DNA from: Eubacteriales bacterium
GTDB taxonomy: Bacteria > Bacillota > Clostridia > Oscillospirales > CAG-272
Assembly: GCA_045632925.1 (NCBI GenBank)
Contig: JAZQXP010000057.1
Location: 67,447 to 131,446 of the forward strand
Reading direction: 5' to 3'
DNA: 64,000 nt
Part shown: positions 18,678-27,443 of the stretch, in pieces
How positions within the stretch are numbered: the first letter of the stretch is position 1
Layout of the letters: every line of letters starts with the position of its first letter
Program-made: the position numbers and the translations under genes
The notes under the pieces: generated by a model
The model's database searches: none
The model's input: only the letters and a program-made list of their open reading frames with translations
What the model was told of the DNA's origin: nothing

Positions 18678-21107
18678 GTGAATTTTAGTCCCAACGCACA
18701 GGAAGTTAAAGCAAATATCGAACAAAAATTATCCCGACTCTTCGGCACGACTGCAGCCGATGCGTCGCGCGAACAGATGTATAAGGCAGTCGTACAGACG
18801 GTAAAGGACATTCTTGCCGAAAAGCGTTCCGAGTTCAAGGCAACAACGAACAAGCAGGGCGGAAAGCGCGTGTATTATATGTGCATGGAGTTCCTGCTCG
18901 GCAGATCGCTGAAGACCAATCTCTGCAATCTCGGTCTTTCCGGGGAATATAAGAAGGCGCTCACCGGTCTCGGCTTTGAGCTTGACGATCTTTTTGAGTG
19001 CGAGCCCGACGCGGGTCTCGGCAACGGCGGTCTCGGAAGACTTGCCGCATGCTTCATGGACTCGCTGACCTCGCTTGATTATCCCGCAAGCGGATTTTCG
19101 ATCTGCTATGAGTACGGTCTTTTCAAGCAGAAGATCATCGACGGTCTTCAGATCGAACTCCCCGACGATTGGCTCCCCGGAGGAGAGGTATGGCTCGTTC
19201 CGAGAACCGACCGCGTATTCACCGTCCGTCTCGGCGGTAAGATCCGCGAGGAATGGAAGGAAGGCAGACTTGAGATCGCTTATGAGGACACCGAGGACGT
19301 CGAGGCAGTTCCTTACGATATGATGATCTCGGGCGGCGACAGCGAGGCGGTCAACCGCCTGCGCCTCTGGAAGGCGCGTGACGTTCGCACCTTCAATATG
19401 GGTCTCTTTACACAGGGTCAGTATACCCGCGCGGTAGAAGAGTCGAGCTCTGCGGAGATCATCTCGAAGGTCCTCTATCCCTCGGATAACCATACAGAGG
19501 GTAAGCTTCTCCGTCTGACACAGCAGTATTTCCTCGTATCGGCATCGGTACAGAGCATCATCCGCGACCATATGGCGGTCTACGGCAGACTCGATAACCT
19601 GCCCGACAAGGTGGCTATCCATATCAACGATACCCATCCCGCGCTCTGCATCCCCGAGCTTATGAGAATACTCATCGACGATTATTGCTTCTCCTGGGAT
19701 GAGGCTTGGAACATCACGACACGCACGATGTCCTACACAAACCACACGGTAATGCCCGAGGCACTTGAGACCTGGAACGAGAGTCTCTTCTCCTTCCGTC
19801 TGCCCCGAATCCATATGATCGTCAAGGAGATAAACGAGCGTTTCTGCCGCGAGGCTTGGAATAAGTTCCCCGGCAACTGGAACCGCATCACGAATATGAG
19901 CATCCTCTGCAACGGCTCGGTCAGAATGGCTAACCTCGCGGTTGTCGGATCGCATCATATCAACGGCGTTTCGAAGCTCCATTCGCAGATCCTCGTTGAC
20001 ACTGTATTCAAGGATTTCTATTATATGTACCCCGATCGCTTTACCAACGTGACCAACGGTATCGCGCATCGCCGCTGGATGTGTTATTCTTCACCCGGAC
20101 TCGCTTCTCTGCTTGATGAGACCATCGGCACGGGCTACAGAAAGAACCCGATCGAGCTTGAGAATCTTATGAAGTACGAGAATGACTCCGCCGTGCTCGA
20201 CCGTCTCCGCGGCATCAAGCACGATAATAAGGTTGCGTTCGCAAAGTTCGTTGAGAACCGCACGGGCATCGCTCTCGATACCCATTCGGTATTCGACGTA
20301 CAGATCAAGCGTCTGCACGAGTATAAGCGTCAGCTTCTCAACGTGCTCAACATCATCGGCAACTATATCGATATCTGCGATAATCCGGGTGCCGATTTCT
20401 ATCCGAGAACCTATATCTTCGGCGCGAAGGCAGCTCCCGGATATCAGATGGCAAAGAGAATCATTCAGCTCATCTGCATGCTCTCGAAGGAGATCGAGAA
20501 GGATCCCAGAGTAAACGGCAAGCTCCGCGTGCTCTTCCTCGAGGACTACAACGTCAGCGCGGCTGAGTGCCTGATCCCCGCAGCCGAGATCAGCCAGCAG
20601 ATCTCTCTCGCAGGCAAGGAGGCGAGCGGTACGGGTTGCATGAAGCTCATGCTCAACGGCGCGCTCACCATCGGTACCCTCGACGGAGCAAACGTCGAGA
20701 TGGCTGCCGCTGTGGGACAGGAAAATATCTATATCTTCGGTCTGACCGCAAGCGAGGTTGACGAGCTCTGGCTTTCGGGCTACAATTCGGCTCTCTTCTA
20801 CGCGAGAAACGATAAGCTCCGCCGCATCGTTGACAGACTCAACGCAGGATTTGCGGGCGAGTCCTTCTCGGATATCGCGTCCTACCTCCTCGCAGGTCAC
20901 GGCGTAGCTGACCCCTATATGTGCCTTGCGGACTATGATTCCTACCGTCTTGCGCACGAGCAGATGTACCGCGATTACCTAAATCGCGAGGATTGGACCC
21001 GCCGTTCGCTCATTAATATTGCAAAGGGCGGATTTTTCGCCGCAGATCGCGCTGTAAAGGAATACGCCGATAATATTTGGAATATCAAACCCGTTACCAA
21101 GAATTAA
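18678..21107 (+). CDS. glgP: Glycogen/maltodextrin phosphorylase
   Basis: GT35 motifs are present: GLGNGGLGRLAACF, NDTHPAL, EASGTGCMKLMLNGA (PLP lysine region). A GTG at 18678 after GGAGGAAG is preferred over the upstream ATG. Confidence 0.93.
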   Translation: MNFSPNAQEVKANIEQKLSRLFGTTAADASREQMYKAVVQTVKDILAEKRSEFKATTNKQGGKRVYYMCMEFLLGRSLKTNLCNLGLSGEYKKALTGLGFELDDLFECEPDAGLGNGGLGRLAACFMDSLTSLDYPASGFSICYEYGLFKQKIIDGLQIELPDDWLPGGEVWLVPRTDRVFTVRLGGKIREEWKEGRLEIAYEDTEDVEAVPYDMMISGGDSEAVNRLRLWKARDVRTFNMGLFTQGQYTRAVEESSSAEIISKVLYPSDNHTEGKLLRLTQQYFLVSASVQSIIRDHMAVYGRLDNLPDKVAIHINDTHPALCIPELMRILIDDYCFSWDEAWNITTRTMSYTNHTVMPEALETWNESLFSFRLPRIHMIVKEINERFCREAWNKFPGNWNRITNMSILCNGSVRMANLAVVGSHHINGVSKLHSQILVDTVFKDFYYMYPDRFTNVTNGIAHRRWMCYSSPGLASLLDETIGTGYRKNPIELENLMKYENDSAVLDRLRGIKHDNKVAFAKFVENRTGIALDTHSVFDVQIKRLHEYKRQLLNVLNIIGNYIDICDNPGADFYPRTYIFGAKAAPGYQMAKRIIQLICMLSKEIEKDPRVNGKLRVLFLEDYNVSAAECLIPAAEISQQISLAGKEASGTGCMKLMLNGALTIGTLDGANVEMAAAVGQENIYIFGLTASEVDELWLSGYNSALFYARNDKLRRIVDRLNAGFAGESFSDIASYLLAGHGVADPYMCLADYDSYRLAHEQMYRDYLNREDWTRRSLINIAKGGFFAADRAVKEYADNIWNIKPVTKN

Positions 21108-21108
21108 T

Positions 21109-23085
21109 ATGCTTGCAAGATTTATGCAAAACGAATACTCCCCCGTCCCCCGCATCGAAAAAAGGTGCGGGGCGGAGGACGTTTCATATCTCGGCGCATT
21201 TCCGTGTGGCGAGGTAATTGAAATTACCGCCCGGGTTCCGCGAGTGCTCGGCGTTACGTCGGTCTGTCTCTGCATCCGCAGAGATACACTTGCGCCGGCG
21301 GACGAAATGCTCGAAGGAGCGGCACATACGATCGATTTCGAGTATGTCTCGACCGATTACGTTAACGATGAATATAAGTTGAGCCTCGACACAGCCGCGC
21401 TTTGCGGAGAGTCGAATTCGGGGCTTTTTTACTATACATATGTTTTCCGCCAAGGCAAGGATGAACTCCTTGCAAGTGCTTGCGACAACGTGAATTTTAC
21501 GCTCGTGCGCGAAAATTGGAAGGAATTCCGCATGACCCTCTACTGCCCCGATTACCGCGTGCCCGCGTGGCTCGGCGGTGGTATTATGTACCATATCTTC
21601 CTCGACCGCTTTGCAAAGGGTGAAGGAAGGGTCAGCTATCGCGATGATGCCATCATCGACACTGATTGGGAGAACGGCGTGCCGCAGTATGCTGAATACC
21701 GCGGCGCAGAGGTCAAAAACAACCACTTTTTCGGCGGAAATCTATGGGGAATTATCGAAAAGCTCGACTATCTCGAGTCACTCGGTGTGAGCATTCTTTA
21801 TCTTTCGCCGATATTCGATGCTGTCAGCAACCATAAATACGACACCTCGGATTATATGAAGATCGCCGAGGAATTCGGAGGCGAGGAGGCGTTTGGAGCC
21901 CTCATCGAAGCCGCGCACGCGAGAGGGATGAAGATCATCCTCGACGGCGTTTTCAATCATACGGGAAGTGACAGCCGATATTTCGACGAATTCGGCAGAT
22001 ACGGTTTTTCCGCACGCGATGAGCAGTCGCTCTATCACTCTTGGTATGATTTCCACGCTCCCGAAAAGGAGGGCGCGCCCGATTATACAGCCTGGTGGGG
22101 CATCAGAATTCTGCCGAGGCTGAATACACATAAAGACGAATGCCGCGAGTTTTTCACGGGCGCGGGCGGCGTTGCCGAGCATTATATGCAAGCGGGCATC
22201 GACGGCTGGCGTCTTGACGTTGCCGACGAGCTTCCCGACAGATTTCTTGAGGAACTGCGAGAGAGGATACACTCGGTCAATTCTGAAAGTATTCTTATCG
22301 GCGAGGTCTGGGAAAATGCGGCTGACAAGATCGCGTACGGCAAGCGCCGCTCCTATTTCAGGGGCAAACAGCTCGACAGCGTTATGAATTATCCCACGCG
22401 CAAAGCGCTTCTTGACTTTGCCGAAAACGGCAACGGAAAGGCACTTGCGGCGGCTCTTACGGATCTTTATTCCTCTTATCCAAAGTCGGTTTCGGACAGC
22501 CTGATGAACCTTATAGGCACGCACGATACCGAGCGCGTGCTGACGTTGCTCGGAAATCCCGCGAAGGTGCGCGAGAATGCGTATGCATATAATGCGGTGC
22601 AGGAAAAACTGCGCCTGACCGACGAGGAGCACGCAAGAGGCGTGAAACTGCTCAAAATGATCTCGACTCTTCAGTTCACTCTCTTTGGTTTTCCGTGCAT
22701 TTATTACGGCGACGAGGCGGGTATGGAGGGTATGAGCGATCCCTTCTGCCGTTATCCATTTCCGTGGCATAATATAAATAAGGAAATAAACGATCATTAT
22801 AAAAAGCTCGGTGCGATTCGCCGAGGTGAGAAAATATTCGCGGGCGGTGAGTTTAGGATCACCAAGGCAAGCGGCGGATATTTTGAGTTTATAAGATATA
22901 AAAGGGACGAAAAGGAATATATCCTTATTGCCGTCAATGTGGCGGACAAGCCCATAAAAGTGCAGGCATCGAGCGGCATAAACCTCTATACGGGCAAGAG
23001 AGTGGTGGGAAATCCCTCGCTGAAGCAAGGTGAGTTCCTGATCGTCAAAAAGAAAGGAGACGTAAAAAATGGGATTCTGGAGTAA
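21109..23085 (+). CDS. GH13 alpha-amylase family enzyme (neopullulanase/amylopullulanase-like)
   Basis: GH13 conserved regions are present: DGVFNHT, GIDGWRLDVADEL, LIGEVWE, LIGTHDTER. The exact start is uncertain. Confidence 0.85.
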   Translation: MLARFMQNEYSPVPRIEKRCGAEDVSYLGAFPCGEVIEITARVPRVLGVTSVCLCIRRDTLAPADEMLEGAAHTIDFEYVSTDYVNDEYKLSLDTAALCGESNSGLFYYTYVFRQGKDELLASACDNVNFTLVRENWKEFRMTLYCPDYRVPAWLGGGIMYHIFLDRFAKGEGRVSYRDDAIIDTDWENGVPQYAEYRGAEVKNNHFFGGNLWGIIEKLDYLESLGVSILYLSPIFDAVSNHKYDTSDYMKIAEEFGGEEAFGALIEAAHARGMKIILDGVFNHTGSDSRYFDEFGRYGFSARDEQSLYHSWYDFHAPEKEGAPDYTAWWGIRILPRLNTHKDECREFFTGAGGVAEHYMQAGIDGWRLDVADELPDRFLEELRERIHSVNSESILIGEVWENAADKIAYGKRRSYFRGKQLDSVMNYPTRKALLDFAENGNGKALAAALTDLYSSYPKSVSDSLMNLIGTHDTERVLTLLGNPAKVRENAYAYNAVQEKLRLTDEEHARGVKLLKMISTLQFTLFGFPCIYYGDEAGMEGMSDPFCRYPFPWHNINKEINDHYKKLGAIRRGEKIFAGGEFRITKASGGYFEFIRYKRDEKEYILIAVNVADKPIKVQASSGINLYTGKRVVGNPSLKQGEFLIVKKKGDVKNGILE

Positions 23086-23416
23086 GGTCGTAGGGCATTG
23101 GACGAAGCCGAAGGACCCGAACAGCGTTCGCTTCCGCCGCGAAATGGCGGAGAAGATCGCGGGTCAGTATATCAAATACGTAACCGAGCGCATCAACAAC
23201 GTCGACGAGGTCATCGGACGCAAGGGCAGCCTTGCCATCCGCGAGGACGAATTCCTTGTTTTCGCCTCCGCCGATATCCTCTTCCGCTGCAAGATCGACG
23301 AACTCCGCGCAAGCGAGCTCCTTTCAAAGGACGGAGTAGTTTTAATTGGTCCTGACCTCGAACACGGCGGAGAAGAGAGAACGATTATTGCGTATTATGT
23401 ATATTATAGGAAGTGA
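23069..23416 (+). CDS. Small hypothetical protein overlapping the end of the GH13 gene
   Basis: 115 aa ORF with an AAAGGAGA RBS and a 17-nt overlap with the upstream gene, on the same strand as the operon. I recognise no family. Confidence 0.55.
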   Translation: MGFWSKVVGHWTKPKDPNSVRFRREMAEKIAGQYIKYVTERINNVDEVIGRKGSLAIREDEFLVFASADILFRCKIDELRASELLSKDGVVLIGPDLEHGGEERTIIAYYVYYRK

Positions 23417-23531
23417 TTCTGTCGGCTTCGCCGAATGATAGTCCGCCATTGGCGGAATGATGATCACGCTTCGCGTGAATGATGATCCGCTGAAGCGGAA
23501 TGAAGGAAGATTTTCGCCGAGGCGAAAATCT
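23417..23531 (+). repeat. Tandem mini-hairpin array: five hairpins separated by ATGATGA-type 7-nt linkers
   Basis: TCGGC-TTC-GCCGA, TCCGCC-ATT-GGCGGA, TCACGC-TTC-GCGTGA, TCCGC-TGAA-GCGGA and AGATTTTCGCC-GAG-GGCGAAAATCT are spaced 20-22 nt apart. The array starts 1 nt after the TGA stop. Confidence 0.85.
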
Positions 23532-23547
23532 CAATTATTGTAAAAAA

Positions 23548-23575
23548 GTCTCGTCTGAAAAGATGAGGCTTTTTA
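23548..23575 (+). terminator. Rho-independent terminator ending the glycogen operon transcript
   Basis: GTCTCGTC-TGAAAA-GATGAGGC pairs fully as plus-strand RNA if G-U wobbles are allowed. TTTTTA follows. Confidence 0.7.
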
Positions 23576-23639
23576 TAGTTATTATTGCCAAAATGGGGTA
23601 TATTGTTTTGTATAATTCGCTGAATTGTGTTCACAACTA

Positions 23640-23668
23640 TTGACAACGAGAGGATGATATGATATAAT
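23640..23668 (+). promoter_or_regulatory. Consensus sigma-A promoter for the 23702 gene
   Basis: TTGACA, a 17-nt spacer, then TATAAT, with TG at -15/-14. Confidence 0.8.
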
Positions 23669-23701
23669 ACAATCAAATGAACGCAAGAAAGGAATGCTGT
23701 T

Positions 23702-24232
23702 ATGACTAAACAAGAAAGAAGCCCCTATGTTAAATTGCTTATCGACCTGTTAAAGACCGTGATTTCCACTTTTCTGTTCTTTCTCCTTTCGAATAATCTT
23801 ATCCGCGCGATATTTGAGGATGAGCAGGACAGGAGTGTTATCAATCTTGCTCTGGTCATTTCAATCTACTTTTTCTATTTTGCCGCGTTTTATATAATGC
23901 ACGCAAGGAGAAGTATGGATGATTATTCGCTTAATATGGGCGACAGACAATATTGTCTCAAGGAAGATTTCAAGGAGATCGTTACGGGCGACGGAAAGAG
24001 GCTTGCGATAATTTACGCCGTTCTTGCCGTTATGATGGAACTGATCGCGCGTATCAAGGTCTTAAGAGCTCTCTCAGTCGCTTTTTTACCGGTGTTTCCG
24101 ATCTTTGCGATATCGGATTTTCCCGTGCTGATCGCGCTTATCGGATGGACGATCCTCACTGCCGGTTCAATTATAACCATCGTCTACAGCCACCACCGCG
24201 TACACGTACTTAAAGCAAAAGGAAAGCTGTAA
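23702..24232 (+). CDS. Hypothetical integral membrane protein
   Basis: 176 aa with about four hydrophobic segments. It has its own consensus promoter and terminator. Confidence 0.6.
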   Translation: MTKQERSPYVKLLIDLLKTVISTFLFFLLSNNLIRAIFEDEQDRSVINLALVISIYFFYFAAFYIMHARRSMDDYSLNMGDRQYCLKEDFKEIVTGDGKRLAIIYAVLAVMMELIARIKVLRALSVAFLPVFPIFAISDFPVLIALIGWTILTAGSIITIVYSHHRVHVLKAKGKL

Positions 24233-24237
24233 AATTG

Positions 24238-24273
24238 AAACGCCTCGTCCTTTCGGACGAGGCGTTTTTATTT
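24238..24273 (+). terminator. Rho-independent terminator, probably shared with the convergent minus-strand gene
   Basis: The 10-bp stem CGCCTCGTCC/GGACGAGGCG has a TTTC loop and is followed by TTTTTATTT. Confidence 0.88.
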
Positions 24274-24279
24274 AATGAT

Positions 24280-24338
24280 GATTTTCGCCTCAGCGAAAAT
24301 CTACCTTCATTTTGCATTTTGCATTTTTAATTTTGCAT
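24280..24338 (-). repeat. Heptamer tract (ATGCAAA-type on the minus strand) plus an A/T-clamped cap hairpin, directly after the FAD-oxidoreductase stop
   Basis: The minus strand reads TAA-ATAAATGCAAAATTAAAAATGCAAAATGCAAAATGAAGGTA-GATTTTCGC-TGAG-GCGAAAATC. The cap and its ATGAAGG lead-in closely match 23500-23531. Confidence 0.8.
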
Positions 24339-26216
24339 TTATTTAACGTCTGCCGAGAACAGATGAACCTTACTGCTTCCTCTTGTTTCATCAAATACGA
24401 TGGTGAGCTTCTGTGCCTTAACGCCGAGGGCGATCTTGCGCAGAGAATTACGGTTGTTGGTGTCGGCGAAGATCTCCTTGCCGTCTGCAAGAACGCGGAA
24501 GGATTTGACGAGAGTCTTTGCAACCTTTACGGGAACGAAATCCTTGCCCGTCATAAGCTTCTGCGCGAAGACGCGCATCTTCTTGTTGGGAGTGATCGAC
24601 TTGCGCGAGAAGTCGGGGTCGAAGACGAGACGAAGCTCGGAAAGCTCCTTTTCTTCACCAAAGTCAAACTCGAGCGCATCGCCGATCTCGAGCGTTGCGT
24701 AGTTGACGTTCATTTCCTCGTCGGGACGCTCGATGCCGTTCTGAAGAAGTGCAAGCTCGGATTCGGGGAGATTGATCTTCGCGCTCTTGGTGAGCTCGGG
24801 AATCTCGCGGACGGTGCCGGGGATATAGCAGCCCGCGTCGCGAAGCTTGTCCTGAAGGACCTTGATCTTCTGCTCGTAAACGCCGTGGGGAGTTACGCCG
24901 TCATTAATACAGATCGAAGCAGCGGTACCCATAGCCTGACCGATGAGGGCACAGGTTGCCATAACACGGGTCGAGCTCATTGCGGCGTGGGTCGCGCTGA
25001 TATTTCTACCCGCGAAGAAGAGGTTGTCAACCTCGTGACCGTAGAGCACGCGGTAGGGAATGCCGTAGGGCGAAGGAGCGGGATATAGCTTGGATGCGGG
25101 TGCGCCGCTGAGATAGGAACGGAAGCCCGCGGGGTTGTGGTCGTCCATCGGCCAACCGCCGTAAGCGACTATATCGTCAAACTTTCCGCCCGACTCGATG
25201 TCATTTTCGGTGAGAACGTGCGCGCCGATGTAGCGGCGGCTCTCTCTCTTACCGGGGATACAACCGACCCACTCGAGGGTCCAGTTGGTTGCGTTGTGGT
25301 CGCCGTAGTTCTTGACGTGATCCCAGATGCCGTACGCGATCTTGAGAAGCTCGTCGCGCATTTCCTCGGCATCGTGGATGCTGTCATACTCGCCGCCGAG
25401 CTCGAGCCACCAGAAGTTGGTCTCGCTTGTGCCGAGCTTGTGGGGACGTGCAAGGTACTTGACGTCCTGAACTTTAACGCCGGAAACGCCCGTGCTTGCA
25501 TCGATGATGTTGCCGCTTGCATCCTTGATAAGGTTGAAGTCGTCGTCGGTCTCGAATTTATATGCCCAATCGGGAGCGGTGAAGGGAACGGGCTCGTCGG
25601 TCTCGCGTGCCTGAATGAGGCAGGACATGCCCATGGTCTTTTTGTCTGCAACCTCCTTACCCATAGCCTCGCCGTACTCGGAAGCCGCCTCACGGCCGAC
25701 ACGCCACTTCGCGCCCGAGATGGGAGCGAGGATCGAGTCGCCCGAGCAGTCAGCAAAATAAGTAGCCTTTACGGTGTGCCAGGTGTAGGTCGTCATCTGC
25801 CAAGCGGTGACGGATGTGAGGTGCGACACGCCATCCTTCTCGGTGCGATCGGCGTCACAGCAGGTGGTGTTGAGAAGAAGGGTGATATTCTTCTCAGCCT
25901 TGACCTTCGCCCAGAGCACGTTGTCGAAGGTGGAGGGGATGAGGGTGGGGTTGAGGTAGATATTTTCCTCTTCGATCTCGGAGATGATACCCGTCTCGCG
26001 GTTCTCAAGACCGTGCGCGCCTCTGACCCACATTCTGATCTCGCTCGATGCGTTACCGCCGAGCACGGGTCTGTCCTGGATGAGGACGACCTTTGTGCCT
26101 TCTCTTGCAGCTGCGATAGCGGCACAGAGACCGGTAAGACCGCCGCCGATGATGCAGAGGTCGGTGTTATGTTCAATATGGCGCATGCCGTTTGTTTTAA
26201 TAGTAAGTTCGCTCAT
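24339..26216 (-). CDS. FAD-dependent oxidoreductase (FAD_oxidored family)
   Basis: The N-terminus DLCIIGGGLTGLCAAIAAAREG..LGGNASSE is a Rossmann FAD motif. 625 aa. An AAGGAG RBS is present. Confidence 0.85.
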   Translation of the reverse strand: MSELTIKTNGMRHIEHNTDLCIIGGGLTGLCAAIAAAREGTKVVLIQDRPVLGGNASSEIRMWVRGAHGLENRETGIISEIEEENIYLNPTLIPSTFDNVLWAKVKAEKNITLLLNTTCCDADRTEKDGVSHLTSVTAWQMTTYTWHTVKATYFADCSGDSILAPISGAKWRVGREAASEYGEAMGKEVADKKTMGMSCLIQARETDEPVPFTAPDWAYKFETDDDFNLIKDASGNIIDASTGVSGVKVQDVKYLARPHKLGTSETNFWWLELGGEYDSIHDAEEMRDELLKIAYGIWDHVKNYGDHNATNWTLEWVGCIPGKRESRRYIGAHVLTENDIESGGKFDDIVAYGGWPMDDHNPAGFRSYLSGAPASKLYPAPSPYGIPYRVLYGHEVDNLFFAGRNISATHAAMSSTRVMATCALIGQAMGTAASICINDGVTPHGVYEQKIKVLQDKLRDAGCYIPGTVREIPELTKSAKINLPESELALLQNGIERPDEEMNVNYATLEIGDALEFDFGEEKELSELRLVFDPDFSRKSITPNKKMRVFAQKLMTGKDFVPVKVAKTLVKSFRVLADGKEIFADTNNRNSLRKIALGVKAQKLTIVFDETRGSSKVHLFSADVK

Positions 26217-26229
26217 TTTGAAGCTCCTT

Positions 26230-27240
26230 TTAGTCCATGATAATGGTTACTTTGGTGTAGAATTCTTTTCTGTCGCGCATCATTTCGAGTGCTTCAACGC
26301 AACGCTCAAGGGGATAACGATGTGTGATAAGAGCCTCGTAGTCAATAAGATCGCCGTCAGCCATAGCCTTTGCGGTTTCCTCCCAGTCGTTGATCTGGCT
26401 GTTGTAGGAGGAATTCCAGGTTCCGCGGAGAGTGATCTCACGGCGAAGGATCTGTGAATATACGCTCTGTGTGATCGTCATATCGCGCGCGGGATTGCCC
26501 ATAAGGATGACTCTGCCGTGGGGCTTCATCGACTTGATAAGATTGCAGAGAGCCTGAGGAGCACCCGTACCCTCTATAGCGCAGTCGCAGAGACCGTCGC
26601 GCTCCTTGTCATATGCATCGAATCCGAACTTCTTCGCGAATGCGAGCTTTTCCTCGCTGATGTCGACAACGCGTACGACACCCGCGCCTGCCTTCTTTGC
26701 CCAAGCGGCGGCGATGAGTCCGATCGGTCCCGCACCCCAGATAACAACCGTGTCGCCGAGCTTTACCTCAAGGCGGCGTACAGCGGCACGAGCGACCGCA
26801 CCCGGCTCAACCAGCGATGCGCAAGCGTAGGAAAGATCGTCGGGAAGAAGAATAAGGTTTCGGATATCTACAGCAAGATATTCAGCAAACGCACCGTCGC
26901 GGCGCGATCCGTAGTAGTCGTAGTTTTCGCAGTTTGCAAACTCACCAAGCTCGCAGGGAGTGCATTTGCGGCAGGGAAGAAGGGGGAATACAGCCGCACG
27001 GCGTCCGATCAGGGACTTGTCGTCGGCTTCAACGATCTCGCCTGCAAATTCGTGTCCGGGGATAGTGGGGAAGTGATACGTGCCTTTCTCAAATACGCGG
27101 GGAATATCCGAGCCGCAAACGCCTGCCGCACGGATCTTGAGAAGCACCTCGCCCTCGCCTCTTTTCGGCATTGGAACGTCCTCGTAACGGAAGTCACCGA
27201 CAGCGTGGAGCACGCAGGCCTTCATGGTTTCATTGCTCAT
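26230..27240 (-). CDS. Zinc-dependent alcohol/polyol(-phosphate) dehydrogenase (galactitol-1-phosphate / sorbitol dehydrogenase-like)
   Basis: GVCGSDIP..GHEFAG is the catalytic zinc motif, and GAGPIGL is the NAD-binding motif. Confidence 0.9.
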   Translation of the reverse strand: MSNETMKACVLHAVGDFRYEDVPMPKRGEGEVLLKIRAAGVCGSDIPRVFEKGTYHFPTIPGHEFAGEIVEADDKSLIGRRAAVFPLLPCRKCTPCELGEFANCENYDYYGSRRDGAFAEYLAVDIRNLILLPDDLSYACASLVEPGAVARAAVRRLEVKLGDTVVIWGAGPIGLIAAAWAKKAGAGVVRVVDISEEKLAFAKKFGFDAYDKERDGLCDCAIEGTGAPQALCNLIKSMKPHGRVILMGNPARDMTITQSVYSQILRREITLRGTWNSSYNSQINDWEETAKAMADGDLIDYEALITHRYPLERCVEALEMMRDRKEFYTKVTIIMD

Positions 27241-27294
27241 TTTATGTTCTCCTTATCGGAATAAATTTCATCAAAATACAATATAATAAAATCC

Positions 27295-27437
27295 GTTTTT
27301 TCGGCGGCTTTGCCGCCAAAAAAACACCTTTTAGACGAGCCAAGCGAGTCCGCGCGCCGAGGGGAGCTGCCAAAATCTCTGATTTTGACAAGCGGCGATA
27401 AGCGCGCGTCTTCACTTGTAAAACGCAGTTTTACAAG
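27295..27437 (-). repeat. Cluster of A/T-clamped hairpins in the aldolase 3' region
   Basis: Three hairpins are present: CTTGTAAAAC-GCA-GTTTTACAAG (27415-27437), TGCCAAAATC-TCT-GATTTTGACA (27368-27390, complete only as minus-strand RNA via G-U) and TTTTTCGGCGGC-TTT-GCCGCCAAAAA (27295-27324). Confidence 0.65.
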
Positions 27438-27443
27438 TTGCGT

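Noticed and set aside
23417-23531. Could the regularly spaced hairpin arrays (also 44865-45036) be CRISPR arrays?
   Set aside because: The conserved unit is only 7 nt and the variable part is a 13-15 nt self-complementary hairpin, for a total period of about 21 nt. CRISPR arrays have 24-48 nt repeats and 25-70 nt spacers. No cas genes or leader are present.
27295-27324. Could TTTTTCGGCGGC-TTT-GCCGCCAAAAA be a rho-independent terminator between the aldolase and the dehydrogenase?
   Set aside because: On both strands the T-run is 5' of the stem and the A-run is 3'. The hairpin is therefore not followed by a U-tract. It is simply a long A/T-clamped hairpin like the cap hairpins of the repeat family.
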